Assembly: GCA_937901465.1 (NCBI GenBank)
Contig: CALGTU010000028.1
Span: 1 to 61,984 of the forward strand
Length of the DNA: 61,984 nt
Direction of reading: 5' to 3'
From: an uncultured Clostridia bacterium
Lineage (GTDB): Bacteria; Bacillota; Clostridia; Oscillospirales; Ruminococcaceae
Both the position numbers and the translations under genes were made by a program. Position 1 is the first letter of the stretch, and the number at the start of each line of letters is the position of its first letter. The notes under the pieces were generated by a model. That model did no database searches, had not been told where the DNA came from, and saw nothing but the letters and a program-made list of their open reading frames with translations. This document shows positions 1-9,726 of this stretch, piece by piece.

Positions 1-1
1 A

Positions 2-1243
2 AGACGTGGCGCAGGCCTCGGCGGCGGACACGACGAAAAGGAACAGACACTTAACCAGATTCTCGTTGAGATGGACGGTTTTGATACAAACGACAGCGTA
101 ATTGTTATCGCTGCTACAAACCGTAAGGATATTTTAGACCCCGCGCTTATGCGTCCCGGAAGATTTGACAGACATATTTTTGTTAACTATCCCGATGTAA
201 AGGGCAGAGAAGATATCCTTAAAGTTCATACAAGAACAAGACCTTTAGGCCCTGATGTTGACCTTAAGGTTATCGCAAAAACTACCCAGGGATTTACAGG
301 TGCTGACCTTGAAAACCTTGTCAACGAAGCGGCTCTTCTTGCGGCAAGAAAGAACAGAAAAGCCATTACAGAAGAAGATATCGAAGAAGCAACAATCAAG
401 GTTATCGCAGGCCCCGAAAAGAAATCCCATGTTGTTACAGAAAGAGACAGAAAGATTACTTCTTTCCATGAAGCAGGCCATGCTGTTGCTGCTTATTTCC
501 TTGAAACACAGGAAAAGGTTCAGCAGGTTACAGTTATTCAGAGAGGAATGGCTGCGGGTCTTACAATAACACGTCCCGAAACAGACGACAGACATGTTAC
601 AAGAACATATATGAAAGAAAGCATTGTTATGCTTCTCGGCGGTAGAGTTGCTGAAGAAATCGCACTCGACGATATCAGCACAGGTGCTTCAAACGATATC
701 GAAAGAGCAACAAAGACCGCAAGAAATATGATAATGAAATATGGTTTCTCAAATAAGATAGGCCCCGTTGTATATGGTTCTGATTCTGATGAAGTTTTCC
801 TTGGCCGTGATTATGGTCATACACAGACCTTAAGCGACAAGGTTGCTTCTGAAATAGATGATGAAGTAAAACGCCTTATCGATGAAGCACACGAACAGTG
901 TAAGAAAATCCTTACCGACCACAGAGATAAACTCGACCTTGTTGCTAAATATCTTATCCACTTTGAAAAGATTGACAGCGAACTCTTTGAAAAGCTCATG
1001 AACGGTGAAGTTACCGATGAAGATGTTGAAAAGAAGATAGCTGAAGAACTTAAAAAGAAGGAAAATATCGGCGAAAAGCTCGATGTTACAGTTTCAGACG
1101 AAGTTAAGGATAACAACGCTGAAAAGGCTGAAGAAAAGACTGAAGAAACTTCTGAAAAGGCTTCTGAAGAAGAAAAGAAAACAGAAGAAAAAACAGAAGA
1201 AAAGCCCGAAGAAAAGAAAGAAGAAAAACCTTCTGAAGAATAA
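2..1243 (+). CDS. ftsH: ATP-dependent zinc metalloprotease FtsH, C-terminal part (5' end lies outside the window)
   Basis: The frame is open from base 2. It contains [25 protein letters not shown] (AAA+ second region of homology), the HEAGHAV zinc site and a protease domain. It ends in a Glu/Lys-rich low-complexity tail. Confidence 0.95.
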   Translation, partial: RRGAGLGGGHDEKEQTLNQILVEMDGFDTNDSVIVIAATNRKDILDPALMRPGRFDRHIFVNYPDVKGREDILKVHTRTRPLGPDVDLKVIAKTTQGFTGADLENLVNEAALLAARKNRKAITEEDIEEATIKVIAGPEKKSHVVTERDRKITSFHEAGHAVAAYFLETQEKVQQVTVIQRGMAAGLTITRPETDDRHVTRTYMKESIVMLLGGRVAEEIALDDISTGASNDIERATKTARNMIMKYGFSNKIGPVVYGSDSDEVFLGRDYGHTQTLSDKVASEIDDEVKRLIDEAHEQCKKILTDHRDKLDLVAKYLIHFEKIDSELFEKLMNGEVTDEDVEKKIAEELKKKENIGEKLDVTVSDEVKDNNAEKAEEKTEETSEKASEEEKKTEEKTEEKPEEKKEEKPSEE

Positions 1244-1552
1244 AAATATCCCCCACGAAATGTGGGGGATATTTTTATCTATGCCTATCCATAAAACCCT
1301 TAAATAAGGCGGAACAAACGCCGAAAACTCGTGTGGGATTGAAATTTCATAAATCGGAAATCTGATGAATTCTTCGCCTAAAAAATGAATTTCTATCTCG
1401 TTTTTTTCTTTGTCAATAAACCCTTCCATAACAGAAGTTATCTTGTCTTTCGAAGTTGTATTCTGCATAGCGATATAACTTTCAGATATTCCGAAAGCTG
1501 TAAAAAACAGAATAAGCGTTGTCATAAAAGTTAAAATAAATGCTCTTTTCAT
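1094..1552 (-). CDS. Small signal-peptide protein, hypothetical, translationally coupled to spoIIP
   Basis: AAGGAG lies 7 nt upstream of the ATG at 1552. The N-terminus MKRAFILTFMTTLILFFTAFG looks like a signal peptide. The frame stays open through the terminator hairpin and into the antisense of ftsH, so the true 3' end is uncertain. Confidence 0.4.
   Translation of the reverse strand: MKRAFILTFMTTLILFFTAFGISESYIAMQNTTSKDKITSVMEGFIDKEKNEIEIHFLGEEFIRFPIYEISIPHEFSAFVPPYLRVLWIGIDKNIPHISWGIFLFFRRFFFFLFFGLFFCFFFCFLFFFRSLFRSFFSLFFSLFSVVILNFV
1242..1276. terminator. Bidirectional rho-independent terminator after ftsH
   Basis: 15-bp stem AAAAATATCCCCCAC / GTGGGGGATATTTTT with a 5-nt loop. An A-tract and a T-tract flank the stem. 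Confidence 0.8.
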
Positions 1553-1554
1553 AT

Positions 1555-2619
1555 TTACTCCTTAATCTCATAAAACGCAGAAACAAGGGATTTTCCTAAC
1601 AGTTCACCCGTGTTTTTTGCTTCATCAACCGAGTTTGCGTGTCCGCCGATTTCTATTAAAAGCGAACCCTCGGTTAAATCCTGATTATAGTTTTTATATG
1701 TAAAGAGTATGGGCCTACAAAGACCTTTATAATCTTCATAAACATTTTTTTGTATAAGACATGCGAGCCTGAAATTTTTGTTGTATCCTTCATAGTTGCA
1801 ACCCGAAATTATCATAATCTGTGCCGATTTTTCGCCGTCTTTTTCATAAACGGGAGCAACTCTCTCTCCGCCCTCACGCTCAATGGCATCTCTGTGAATA
1901 TCAAGAACAACCTTTATATCGGGATTTTGTTTTAAGATGTTTTCTACAGTAACTCTGCTTCTGTCATAAGAACCGTTATATGAGGGATAATCGTGTATCG
2001 TTTTGTCGTGGATAACGCCTATTCCCGCCTTTTCAAGTTCATCGGCAATTTTTTCTCCTACAGCGACAACATTGTATCTTTCATCGGTTGTTCTTGAAAT
2101 GAAAGAATCGTCATAGAAATCGCGTTCATAGGGTTCATAACTTTCGGTTGTGTGGGTGTGCATTATCAGAACTTCTTTTCGCCCGTCGCACAGCATTTTA
2201 AAATCAGGAAGAACAAGACTTTCTTTCATAAGGGAATTATTTTTTACATCGGTTATGTTCCTTACCTGCGCACCGCCGTTCAACGAGAAAAAGTCATCAC
2301 CCTTCTGCCTTCCGAAATTTATTCTTAAAATCTCTCCGCTGTTGTTTTCGATTTCTTCGGGATATGGCAAAGGTCCGCTTTCAGAAAGGTTTTCTTCTTT
2401 GTTTTCGGTTATGGTTTCTTCTATGTTGTTGCCCTTTGAAATCATCTCGTTTTCAAAAAAAGTTATTTTATATCCTGAAGATAAGGTTTCTTCGTTGACA
2501 TGAATATTTTCGGCAAAAACAGATTCTCTGTTTTTTATAGCAAATGAAAACAACGGAATGGTTGTTGTGAGAAGTGTTATTATAAGAAATCTTTTTAAGA
2601 ATGTCCCCGTATTTTTCAC
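1555..2619 (-). CDS. spoIIP: Stage II sporulation protein P (SpoIIP-type cell-wall hydrolase)
   Basis: N-terminal TM segment, then LIMHTHTTESY, IHDKTIHDYPSYNGSY, LDIHRDA and IEIGGH motifs typical of SpoIIP. GTG start preceded by AGGTGA. Confidence 0.85.
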   Translation of the reverse strand: MKNTGTFLKRFLIITLLTTTIPLFSFAIKNRESVFAENIHVNEETLSSGYKITFFENEMISKGNNIEETITENKEENLSESGPLPYPEEIENNSGEILRINFGRQKGDDFFSLNGGAQVRNITDVKNNSLMKESLVLPDFKMLCDGRKEVLIMHTHTTESYEPYERDFYDDSFISRTTDERYNVVAVGEKIADELEKAGIGVIHDKTIHDYPSYNGSYDRSRVTVENILKQNPDIKVVLDIHRDAIEREGGERVAPVYEKDGEKSAQIMIISGCNYEGYNKNFRLACLIQKNVYEDYKGLCRPILFTYKNYNQDLTEGSLLIEIGGHANSVDEAKNTGELLGKSLVSAFYEIKE

Positions 2620-2654
2620 TTTATCACCTGCTTTTTAAAAAGTCTTCCCCGTTC

Positions 2655-2682
2655 ATAATATGCGAAAAATTAATAAATATTC
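2655..2682 (-). promoter_or_regulatory. Candidate sigma-E-type sporulation promoter for spoIIP
   Basis: The minus strand reads GAATATT-N13-CATATTAT, close to the B. subtilis sigma-E consensus (ATATT, about 14 nt, CATACA-T). Confidence 0.4.
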
Positions 2683-2684
2683 TA

Positions 2685-2713
2685 TTGACACTTTTTTCTT
2701 TCTGGGTTAAACT
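2685..2713 (+). promoter_or_regulatory. Sigma-A-type promoter for the 2745 gene
   Basis: TTGACA-17 nt-TAAACT, 31 nt upstream of the ATG. Confidence 0.5.
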
Positions 2714-2744
2714 TTTCTTATATTATTTTTAAAGGAGAATTTTT

Positions 2745-3167
2745 ATGGAAAAGACAAAATTCGGTATTACAGTCGGTGCACTTTCAGCAATAGGCTATCT
2801 CTGCGGATACCTTAACATTACAGCGATGATAATTTTCTTTATCTTCACACTCGCTCTTTCTGCCGAAAGAACAGTTAAAGTAAACGCTTTACAGTCTATG
2901 CTCCTTTCATTCACATTCCTTCTTGTAAAGATTGTTATGGGCTGGCTTATAACACTCAACGGAGAGGTTGTTGAACTCGGCTATAAAATCAACTCAACAG
3001 TCGGTGATATTTTCTCGGGCGTCGGCAAATTCACACACGGCGTAAGCGGATTTTTCGATTTTATCGAAACAATCATCTTTATCGTAATCATTTTCATGGC
3101 TTTCGGCGGAAAGACTGTAAAACTTCCCGTAATCTCAAAGATTGCCGAAAAACATATCGCAGAATAA
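2745..3167 (+). CDS. Small multi-pass membrane protein, hypothetical
   Basis: AAAGGAG RBS, about four hydrophobic segments, its own promoter and terminator. Confidence 0.65.
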   Translation: MEKTKFGITVGALSAIGYLCGYLNITAMIIFFIFTLALSAERTVKVNALQSMLLSFTFLLVKIVMGWLITLNGEVVELGYKINSTVGDIFSGVGKFTHGVSGFFDFIETIIFIVIIFMAFGGKTVKLPVISKIAEKHIAE

Positions 3168-3173
3168 AACAAT

Positions 3174-3210
3174 ATCCCCCACATATCCTGTGGGGGATTT
3201 TTTATTTTTT
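3174..3210 (+). terminator. Rho-independent terminator
   Basis: Stem ATCCCCCACA / TGTGGGGGAT followed by a T-run. Confidence 0.8.
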
Positions 3211-3256
3211 TAGAATAAATCACGAAACGATATGCCGGCACGGGCTCCGTGTACGC

Positions 3257-3293
3257 AAAAGCACCTGCGGTCTCTCATCTCGCAGGTGCTTTT
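3257..3293. terminator. Bidirectional terminator after the YabE-like gene
   Basis: 13-bp stem AAAAGCACCTGCG / CGCAGGTGCTTTT. Confidence 0.75.
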
Positions 3294-3313
3294 GACTTAG
3301 CTAACTATTTACC

Positions 3314-4372
3314 CTAATCCAAAATATAGACATTGACTTGGTGAGCGCCCCATTTACAACTTGACGCATAAGAATCACAAAATACGTCAACCAAAACTCT
3401 GCCGTCCATAAGGGCGATTCCGGTGTCGGCAGCAACGGCATAACCATAAACGATTTTGCCATCTGTTGAAGCAATATAAAGTTCTGTTCCATAAGGAATA
3501 ATCTCGGGGTTAACAGCAACTGTTCCGACATAAAGACGCTGTCCGCTTGCACCCTTGGGTGTCTGTCTCTTTGAAGAATAAGCGGTAGCCTTTCCTGTTA
3601 TAACCTTTGAATAAGAAACGGGAATTCCGTTTTCGTCGAGTTCGACTTCCTTAGCGGTTGACCAGGGAGTGCGCTTTGCTGTTCCTGTTGCGATAACTTC
3701 GTTGATAGGTTCTGTTGTAACTTCTTCGCTGATGATGTTGAAAGCTGAGAGCTTTCCGTCGATGTATGTTGTTTCGGCGATTGTTGTAAGTTCGCCGTCA
3801 ACACCTTCTGTTACAACATTTTCTGTATTCATCTTATAGAAAGAAGATTTTATGTTTTCTGTTTCATAAGGGATTGCTGTTACTTTTGTTTCTACCGTTC
3901 TGAGAACTCTCTGTATCACGATTTCGTTTCCCTCGGTAACAGTAGTGTCAACGCTGATGTTTATAAGGTCATCATTGTCGATTTCAATATCTGCCTTATC
4001 AAGAACATAACCTACTGTTTCGAGAGATGTTGCCCATACTGTAACTGTCTTTCCATCGGCAGTTATGGGAACTTCGAATGCACGGTTTATAACAATCTCT
4101 GAAATGTCATTTCTGTTTTCAGAACCGAAAGTAACAACGTCATAATCGCCGAGAGTAATTCCGTGCTCGGTGAGTATTTCCCCTACGTCGTCCTTCTTTG
4201 AAAGAACTCTGATTGTCTTATCGCCGTCAGATATCGTGATTTTTGTGTTGAACACCGCAAGACCTGTCATAAAGATTATGAGAAGCGCGGCTATTACCGA
4301 GAAAATAGTCAACACCAGATACTGTTCCAGAAATATACGCTTGAATTTATCAAGCATCATTCGGAAATTCAT
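3314..4372 (-). CDS. YabE-like cell-wall protein (TM anchor, two DUF348 repeats, G5 domain, 3D domain)
   Basis: The C-terminus GKATAYS...GTVAVNP..IPYGT.LYI...YGYAVAADTG is a 3D/RlpA-like fold, and G5 and DUF348 patterns lie upstream. The start is set at ATG 4372 (AAAAGGAG RBS) because the promoter -10 at 4440-4445 leaves no room for the ATG at 4432. Confidence 0.85.
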   Translation of the reverse strand: MNFRMMLDKFKRIFLEQYLVLTIFSVIAALLIIFMTGLAVFNTKITISDGDKTIRVLSKKDDVGEILTEHGITLGDYDVVTFGSENRNDISEIVINRAFEVPITADGKTVTVWATSLETVGYVLDKADIEIDNDDLINISVDTTVTEGNEIVIQRVLRTVETKVTAIPYETENIKSSFYKMNTENVVTEGVDGELTTIAETTYIDGKLSAFNIISEEVTTEPINEVIATGTAKRTPWSTAKEVELDENGIPVSYSKVITGKATAYSSKRQTPKGASGQRLYVGTVAVNPEIIPYGTELYIASTDGKIVYGYAVAADTGIALMDGRVLVDVFCDSYASSCKWGAHQVNVYILD

Positions 4373-4439
4373 ATCAATAACTCCTTTTCGGTGCAAATCC
4401 TTCGCACCTCTGATTTGTGTGCTTGTAACCATTTTGTAA

Positions 4440-4468
4440 ATTATATCTAAGTTTTTTGTTTATGTCAA
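4440..4468 (-). promoter_or_regulatory. Sigma-A promoter of the YabE-like gene
   Basis: The minus strand reads TTGACA-17 nt-TATAAT, a perfect consensus. Confidence 0.65.
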
Positions 4469-4780
4469 ACGGCTTTTAAATCGCTGTTTTGTGCAGTTGT
4501 TACAAAAACGACAAGGAAATAAATGTCATAAAAGGGAATAAAAGGAGTTAAAAAGCCGATTTTGGATGTTTTTGGAAAAAATATCTTTTACCCCATTAGG
4601 CAAAAGGCTAAAAAACGCTTTTAAAATACATTTAATGGAAATTATTTGAAGAAATTAGGAAAATTTCAGGGGTCGGAATTTGAAAAAAGTATTAAATTTC
4701 GGGGTTTCAGGCAATTTTTTTGTATCAAGTGTGCAAAGGCAAAAAAATAAATCCCCGTCGTTTGTTCATTCCTACAAAAC

Positions 4781-4857
4781 CGCGTGGTCGGCGGTGAGCC
4801 ACCGCTGGCAAATCGTTTTTGGGGTATTATACAGGGTAGTTTACTGCTCGGTAACGA
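4781..4857 (-). repeat. Intergenic repeat family copy (inverted orientation)
   Basis: GC hairpin GCGGTG-AGC-CACCGC, then TGGCAAATCGTTT ... GCTCGGTAACGA. It aligns with the reverse complement of the copies at 51854-52019. Confidence 0.6.
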
Positions 4858-4948
4858 AAATGTCGTATAATCCTGTGTGTGTATAAAATATGACTCCTGG
4901 CCCGTCGACTGCTAATGGAATAAAAATTTGTTCTCCGCGGTCACGCGG

Positions 4949-4977
4949 TTGCACTTTTGTTAAAAATGTGTTATACT
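4949..4977 (+). promoter_or_regulatory. Sigma-A promoter of the flippase operon
   Basis: TTGCAC-17 nt-TATACT with a TGn extended -10. Confidence 0.6.
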
Positions 4978-5015
4978 AACTCTATATATGCAAAAAAATC
5001 TCCGGGAGCAAGAAA

Positions 5016-6446
5016 ATGGATAAATACAAAAAGCTTGCGTCTAATACAATAATCTTTGCAATAGGCTCGTTTGGTGCTAAATTCTTAAGTTTCTTTTTAG
5101 TAAGACTTTATTCTAAATTCATCGATACAGCGGGTTTCGGAATAAAGGAACTTATCGAAACAACGGCGAATTTCATCATTCCTGTTGTAACGTTCTGTAT
5201 GGCGGACGCTATTATAAGATACGGTCTTAAAAAAACATACAGCAAAAAGAAGATATTTACCTCAGCGGCTGTAATGATGCTTGTGGGTCTTACAGGCCTC
5301 GCACTTTTATCTCCGCTTTTCAATCTTCTTTCTTTCCTCGATGGTTACGGATTTTTATTATATCTTTATATCTTCTGTTCGTGTTTCCGTTCGTTATGTT
5401 CAAACTTTGTAAGGTCACAAGGATATGTAAAACTCTTTGCCGCCGACGGAATTTTCGCAACATTCATGCTCCTCGTTTTCAACATAATTTTTATTGCAAT
5501 CTTAAAACTCGGCGTAACGGGATTTTTAATCTCGGTTATTCTTTCGGATTTTGTATCGGGAATGACGCTTACCTTAATCGCGGGCTTATGGAAATACTTC
5601 TCTTTCAAGGAAATCGACAAAGAGATGATAAAGAAAATGCTCAAATATTCATTACCGCTTGTTCCGACGGCGATAATGTGGCTTATAACGGGCTTTTCCG
5701 ACCGTCTTTTCCTCAAATATATGGATTATTCCTATCAGTTTACGGGCGATACTGCAACGGGTATCTATTCCGCGGCATCTAAAATCCCGAACCTTATCGC
5801 TATGGTTTCAACAATTTTCTTTCAGGCGTGGAATATGTCCGCCATTATGGAAAGTAAATCCGAAGACCTTGAAAACTTCTATACAAACGTTTATAAAGCA
5901 TATCAATCGGTTTTATATATCGCGGCAGCATGGCTGATAGCGTTATCTATTCCCCTTTCGGCAATACTTCTCGATTATGAAACAGACCCCTTATACCGCT
6001 ATTGTTACCGCTATACACCCGTTCTTGTCGTTGCGGTTTTAATGATGTGTTTCTCACAGTTTTTATCAAGCGTCTATAATGTTACAAAAAAGACAAGAAA
6101 CTCATTCTTTACAAGCGTTATCTCGGCGGTTGTCAATATTATTCTAAATATAATCTTAATAAAGAGATTCGGAATTCAGGGCGCGGGAATAGCAACGCTT
6201 GTGAGCTATCTCACCTGTTATGTAATAAGACTTATCGACTGCAGAAAGCAGATTCCTTTCAGCACCGATATGATTAAAGAGGCACTGAATTTCATTGTGA
6301 TAATTTTAATGTGTATAGTTCTTATATTCCTCCCTGTCGGCTGGATAGATTATTTAATCGCAGGAACCTTATACATCACAGTTGCAAACTTCGGTGCGGT
6401 TATAAAAACAGTAAAAAGATTTTTAGAAAGAAGACACTCTGCTTAA
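5016..6446 (+). CDS. MOP-superfamily polysaccharide/oligosaccharide flippase (Wzx/SpoVB-like)
   Basis: 476 aa with about 12-14 TM segments. The N-terminus (NTIIFAIGSFGAKFLSFFLVRLYS) is typical of the polysaccharide biosynthesis protein family. Confidence 0.8.
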   Translation: MDKYKKLASNTIIFAIGSFGAKFLSFFLVRLYSKFIDTAGFGIKELIETTANFIIPVVTFCMADAIIRYGLKKTYSKKKIFTSAAVMMLVGLTGLALLSPLFNLLSFLDGYGFLLYLYIFCSCFRSLCSNFVRSQGYVKLFAADGIFATFMLLVFNIIFIAILKLGVTGFLISVILSDFVSGMTLTLIAGLWKYFSFKEIDKEMIKKMLKYSLPLVPTAIMWLITGFSDRLFLKYMDYSYQFTGDTATGIYSAASKIPNLIAMVSTIFFQAWNMSAIMESKSEDLENFYTNVYKAYQSVLYIAAAWLIALSIPLSAILLDYETDPLYRYCYRYTPVLVVAVLMMCFSQFLSSVYNVTKKTRNSFFTSVISAVVNIILNIILIKRFGIQGAGIATLVSYLTCYVIRLIDCRKQIPFSTDMIKEALNFIVIILMCIVLIFLPVGWIDYLIAGTLYITVANFGAVIKTVKRFLERRHSA

Positions 6447-6463
6447 AAGGAGGTTTTTAGAAA

Positions 6464-7099
6464 ATGGAATTTGTAAGCGAAAGAACAGTTATAACAAAAC
6501 TTTCAGATATAGTTGTCGAAAGTGCAACAGCGCTCTATAACGCAGTCAAATATATCTATTCGATTGCCGAAGATGATTTTTATAATGTAGGCATAAAGGA
6601 CGCTCTGAAAGTTGTTTTGAATAACGTTACCGACCCCGATTGTCTTGAAACATTAGGACTTCGCATAAATTCCGAAACCTGCCGTGAGATGAGTTCTGAA
6701 AGTTATAAACAGGTTCTGCCCCTTATGATTTACAGTTTCGCGGTAAGACTTCCCGTTTTAAAGCAGTTTAAAATCGGTGATAAAACAATATCAGATGAAC
6801 AGCTTCTTGCGGTTTATGATTCGGTTATGAGAAAAGGTGCTGTTAATGTCGACGATGTTATAACAGAAACCTATGCCGATATAAAAACGCTTGTTAAAAA
6901 GAACAAGCCTATCCCCGCATATTCATCAGACTGGTATAAAACCTTTATCTATACCCATATCCCCGAACTTTCATCGATAACAAACAAGAATATGTTTCTT
7001 TTGGGATTCACAGATATTCTCTTTGCGATGTTCCATTCATGTATGGAAGAAGAAATGAGAAATATCATCGCCGAAGAATCGGCAGAAAAGATAAAATAA
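6464..7099 (+). CDS. Hypothetical soluble protein
   Basis: AAAAGGAGG RBS, 17 nt after the flippase stop. I recognised no motif. Confidence 0.6.
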   Translation: MEFVSERTVITKLSDIVVESATALYNAVKYIYSIAEDDFYNVGIKDALKVVLNNVTDPDCLETLGLRINSETCREMSSESYKQVLPLMIYSFAVRLPVLKQFKIGDKTISDEQLLAVYDSVMRKGAVNVDDVITETYADIKTLVKKNKPIPAYSSDWYKTFIYTHIPELSSITNKNMFLLGFTDILFAMFHSCMEEEMRNIIAEESAEKIK

Positions 7100-7114
7100 A
7101 AAGGAGGAGTTTTT

Positions 7115-8476
7115 ATGGACAGCATTGTTTTCGTCACAAAATCGAATAACAATTTCTATAAACTTGAACTTGCAAGAACACTTCTCCATTTCGTTGAATA
7201 CGACTTCACATATTTCTGGGAACAATGCATAGACCTCGGAAAATCCTGCCGTAAACTCGGCGGATATTCTTCAAAGCAGTTCAGGGTTGTAAAAAACCTT
7301 ATAACAAAATGTCACCCCTATTATGAAGCACAGATAAATTCAGATTTTGAACATATCGTTCTCGATTGTCTTATCGAATATATCTGTCATAGCGAAAATA
7401 TAGGGCTTGAAGAACTATGGGCAAGATGTATCTCTCCTAAAAACGCATATGAAAAAGCGATTTTTGTAAGAATTTCAGAATATAAAACAGGAAGAGCGAT
7501 AAACCAGTGGGCAAACATTATGCGTATTCAGGAATATGCAAGGGCAAAGCTCGATTATATCTTTGAGGGCGATATCGTTCCGAGAAATATGTATGTAACA
7601 AGAAAGGGATATTTCGACCTCTCTTTCTCTGTTATGGCAAAAGAACTCGGTTTTCCCTCGTCAGAACTTCCTGCCGTTAAAAGATTCAATTCATCTTTGA
7701 TGCCAAACTCCGCCTTTATGGTAAGTAAGGTTTCAAAGCTTATTCTCAAAAAGATAAACCCCATTATAGATGAAATAAAAGACCCCGTTTATAATCCGCC
7801 GATAAGCCGTGATGCGATAAGAGACCAGATAAGTCTTGATGCATTCACATTCCTTCGCGGAATGGCAAGACCCGACGGAATGGAACTTGAAGCAGCCGAA
7901 GAAACTTTCGCTAATTTAGACGGCGAATATTTCCTTCCCGATAGCTTTAAGGCTATTATCGACCTTGAATTCGATAAGATGCTCGAAAACGGAATTATCC
8001 TTCAGAAATGTTCAAAATGCGGAAAGTATTTCTTCTATGATATGAACTATAAGGGAAGACTCTGTAACAGAGTAAGTTCATCGGGCAAAACCTGCCGTGA
8101 AATGTATGACGAAACAAAACCCATTGAAGAAAAACCCATTACAAACGATATCGAAACACGCTGTCAGATTTTATATGCGGCACTTTCAAACAAGGTAGGC
8201 GAAGAATTCAAGGAAAACGAATTCAAGGAATGGTCACAGTATCTCGAAAATATGAGAGAGAATGTTAAAACCGAAGCGGCAACCGTTGAAGACCTTGAAG
8301 CTTTCCTCGAATATTCAGAAAGAATGTGCGCCGAAGTTAAATCAAGACCTGCCGTTAAGGTTATAAAATCCGATCCGATGCAGGCACCGCCACCGCCCGT
8401 TAAGAAGAGAGAACCCGAAAAGGCAGAACCTCAGAAATACCGTTTCCCCACTCTCGAAGAACTTGACAGAAGATAG
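7115..8476 (+). CDS. Hypothetical protein with a Cys4 zinc-ribbon-like motif and a Pro/Glu-rich tail
   Basis: AAAAGGAGGAG RBS. Contains CSKCGKYFFYDMNYKGRLCNRVSSSGKTC. Confidence 0.65.
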   Translation: MDSIVFVTKSNNNFYKLELARTLLHFVEYDFTYFWEQCIDLGKSCRKLGGYSSKQFRVVKNLITKCHPYYEAQINSDFEHIVLDCLIEYICHSENIGLEELWARCISPKNAYEKAIFVRISEYKTGRAINQWANIMRIQEYARAKLDYIFEGDIVPRNMYVTRKGYFDLSFSVMAKELGFPSSELPAVKRFNSSLMPNSAFMVSKVSKLILKKINPIIDEIKDPVYNPPISRDAIRDQISLDAFTFLRGMARPDGMELEAAEETFANLDGEYFLPDSFKAIIDLEFDKMLENGIILQKCSKCGKYFFYDMNYKGRLCNRVSSSGKTCREMYDETKPIEEKPITNDIETRCQILYAALSNKVGEEFKENEFKEWSQYLENMRENVKTEAATVEDLEAFLEYSERMCAEVKSRPAVKVIKSDPMQAPPPPVKKREPEKAEPQKYRFPTLEELDRR

Positions 8477-8485
8477 GAGAACATA

Positions 8486-9712
8486 ATGGAAGAAAATTTC
8501 AAACCATATGATTATAGCAAAAGGGAAGAAAATCCCGCTTCTTTGACAGAAGAAAACAATAATCCCTATAACCCGTATAATTATGCCGGCGGAGATAAAA
8601 ATGCAGAACCCGTAAAGCAGGTTCCTCCGACACCCGTAGCTCCTCAACCCGTAGCACCCGTTACACCACAGCCGACACCCATTCAGTATGGCTATGGATA
8701 TAACGCGGGAACACCTGTCCCCGCTCCCGCTATGACAGAAATCCAGCCTAACGGAATTCCCGTTAAACCCCGAAAAGAAGAAAAGAAATTCATCAAGAAA
8801 ACATATAACATAACGGGCTGGATGCTTATTATCAACAGCCTTCTTCCCTTTATTCTCGTTTCGATATTCAGCGTTGTCTATCTTCTGATAACAGCAGTTT
8901 CGGGCTGGATTCCCTATGGTGTCGAAAAATCGATAGAGATGTCGGCGATTATCTTAATCTACATAATCTCAGACTTTTTCATCGTTCTTTTAGGAAATAA
9001 ACTCACAGGGATAAAGTTACGCCCTCTGTTCAATACAAAAGGCTTTTCGGCATCGTTTCTTTTAATGGGCGTTGTTATCGCGATAGGAATGAACTTACTC
9101 GCGATAATCGTCGCTTCTCTTACAGAAACCGCTTTTGAAGAACTTTTCGGACTTATGCTTGCAGACCCCGATGACAACCCCTCTTCGATGATTTATATGA
9201 TTGTCGACAGCGTTTATGCCGTAATAATCGCACCCATAATAGAAGAAATTGTTTTCAGAGGCTTTGTTCTTAAAAACTTCTCAAGATATAATGTCTATAC
9301 AGGCATAGTTATGTCGGGACTTTTATTCGGTCTTATGCACGGAAACTTCTATCAGTTCATATTCACAGTTCCTTTCGGAATGGCACTCGCTTATATGACT
9401 GTAAAATCAAACTCGATTCTCCCTGCGATATTCGCACATTTCCTTGCAAACGCGGGAGTTACTGCGATAAACCTTGTAGGGCTTTATAACGAAGAACTTT
9501 CAGACGGAATTTTCGTTATCTGGCTTGCGTTCTTCATCTGCGTGGGACTTTTAATGCTTTTTATCGGTCTTGCAACAAAGAGCATAAGGCTCCCCAAAAA
9601 CACAAAGGCCGAAAAGAAGAGAGGTTTTCCTCTCGCTTTCACATCACACGCAGTTATCATCTATATTGTTTTACAGGTAATTCTCTGTATAACAAGTATT
9701 GAAAAAATGTAA
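8486..9712 (+). CDS. CPBP-family intramembrane glutamic endopeptidase (CAAX protease/Abi-like) with a Pro-rich N-terminal extension
   Basis: Carries the EEIVFRGF, LMHGNF and FAHFLANA motifs and multiple TM segments. Confidence 0.85.
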   Translation: MEENFKPYDYSKREENPASLTEENNNPYNPYNYAGGDKNAEPVKQVPPTPVAPQPVAPVTPQPTPIQYGYGYNAGTPVPAPAMTEIQPNGIPVKPRKEEKKFIKKTYNITGWMLIINSLLPFILVSIFSVVYLLITAVSGWIPYGVEKSIEMSAIILIYIISDFFIVLLGNKLTGIKLRPLFNTKGFSASFLLMGVVIAIGMNLLAIIVASLTETAFEELFGLMLADPDDNPSSMIYMIVDSVYAVIIAPIIEEIVFRGFVLKNFSRYNVYTGIVMSGLLFGLMHGNFYQFIFTVPFGMALAYMTVKSNSILPAIFAHFLANAGVTAINLVGLYNEELSDGIFVIWLAFFICVGLLMLFIGLATKSIRLPKNTKAEKKRGFPLAFTSHAVIIYIVLQVILCITSIEKM

Positions 9713-9726
9713 GGAGCTGAAGAAAA

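Noticed and set aside
4373-4468. Possible ydaO (c-di-AMP) riboswitch upstream of the YabE-like wall-hydrolase gene.
   Set aside because: The perfect promoter at 4440-4468 leaves a leader of only ~60 nt with one small hairpin. The ydaO conserved segments are absent.
4680-4886. 68-aa plus-strand ORF in the long intergenic region.
   Set aside because: It has a TTG start and no RBS, spans a dispersed repeat copy, and has no upstream promoter.
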